Shown in pieces: positions 63,832-64,000 of a DNA stretch of 64,000 bases. The notes under the pieces were generated by a model. It had not been told where the DNA came from and searched no databases. It worked only from the letters and a program-made list of their open reading frames with translations. Each line of letters begins with the position of its first letter. The stretch's first letter is position 1. The DNA lies in NCBI GenBank assembly GCA_964016885.1, contig OZ024742.1, positions 332,320,001 to 332,384,000 on the forward strand, read 5' to 3'. The stretch comes from Eledone cirrhosa (taxonomy: Eukaryota). Position numbers and translations under genes: made by a program.

Positions 63832-64000
63832 AAAGAATAGAGGTGTAACACACAAGTTATTATATATTGGTAAACGGAATAGAAAATGCTGACAAATTGT
63901 TCACAGTTGAAAAATGGTTTAATTAGGAATAAAAGAGTATTAGTGATTGTATGGGTTAGTATTCAGTTGTTGTTTTAAGTTTTTAAGTTTTTACCGGTTG
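63829..64000 (-). repeat. Repeat family B, 3' end abutting (TA)n; continues beyond the window
   Basis: Reverse complement of about 61640-61803 (AAAAGAATAGAGGTGTAACACAC...AAAATGCTGACAAATTG). Confidence 0.85.

Overview
Eukaryotic, repeat-dense, AT-rich DNA. The SINE families and microsatellite load suggest a coleoid cephalopod, probably Octopus (inference). No intact host gene can be demonstrated. Bases 1-32020 form one giant tandem array of a 24-bp unit (GGTGGTGTTGTTGTTACTGTTGCT) with 2-4 kb higher-order repeats and larger 7.8 kb and 12.5 kb duplications. On the minus strand the array starts exactly at a splice acceptor. It reads as mucin-like PPATVTTT in one frame, or as a stop-riddled polyQ/H tract in the frame that is phase-compatible with a candidate transmembrane-encoding exon at 52034-51792. 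Bases 33.4-44.0 kb are a stack of retroelements joined by (ATT)n tracts: a SINE, a full-length decayed Tx1/L1-type LINE, an inverted R4/Dong-type fragment and a second Tx1-type LINE. Bases 44-64 kb contain SINEs, RTE, mariner, Helitron and MITE relics, a 200-N gap and long (TA)n arrays. Several short islands inside those (TA)n arrays carry type-I hammerhead ribozyme folds (48743-48813 +, 55369-55410 -, 61993-62037 +), fold-back palindromes and Penelope GIY-YIG fragments. Together these suggest a (TA)n-targeting Penelope/retrozyme-like system. The many + strand V/L/C/W ORFs and the YIYI/HTHT ORFs are repeat artefacts.
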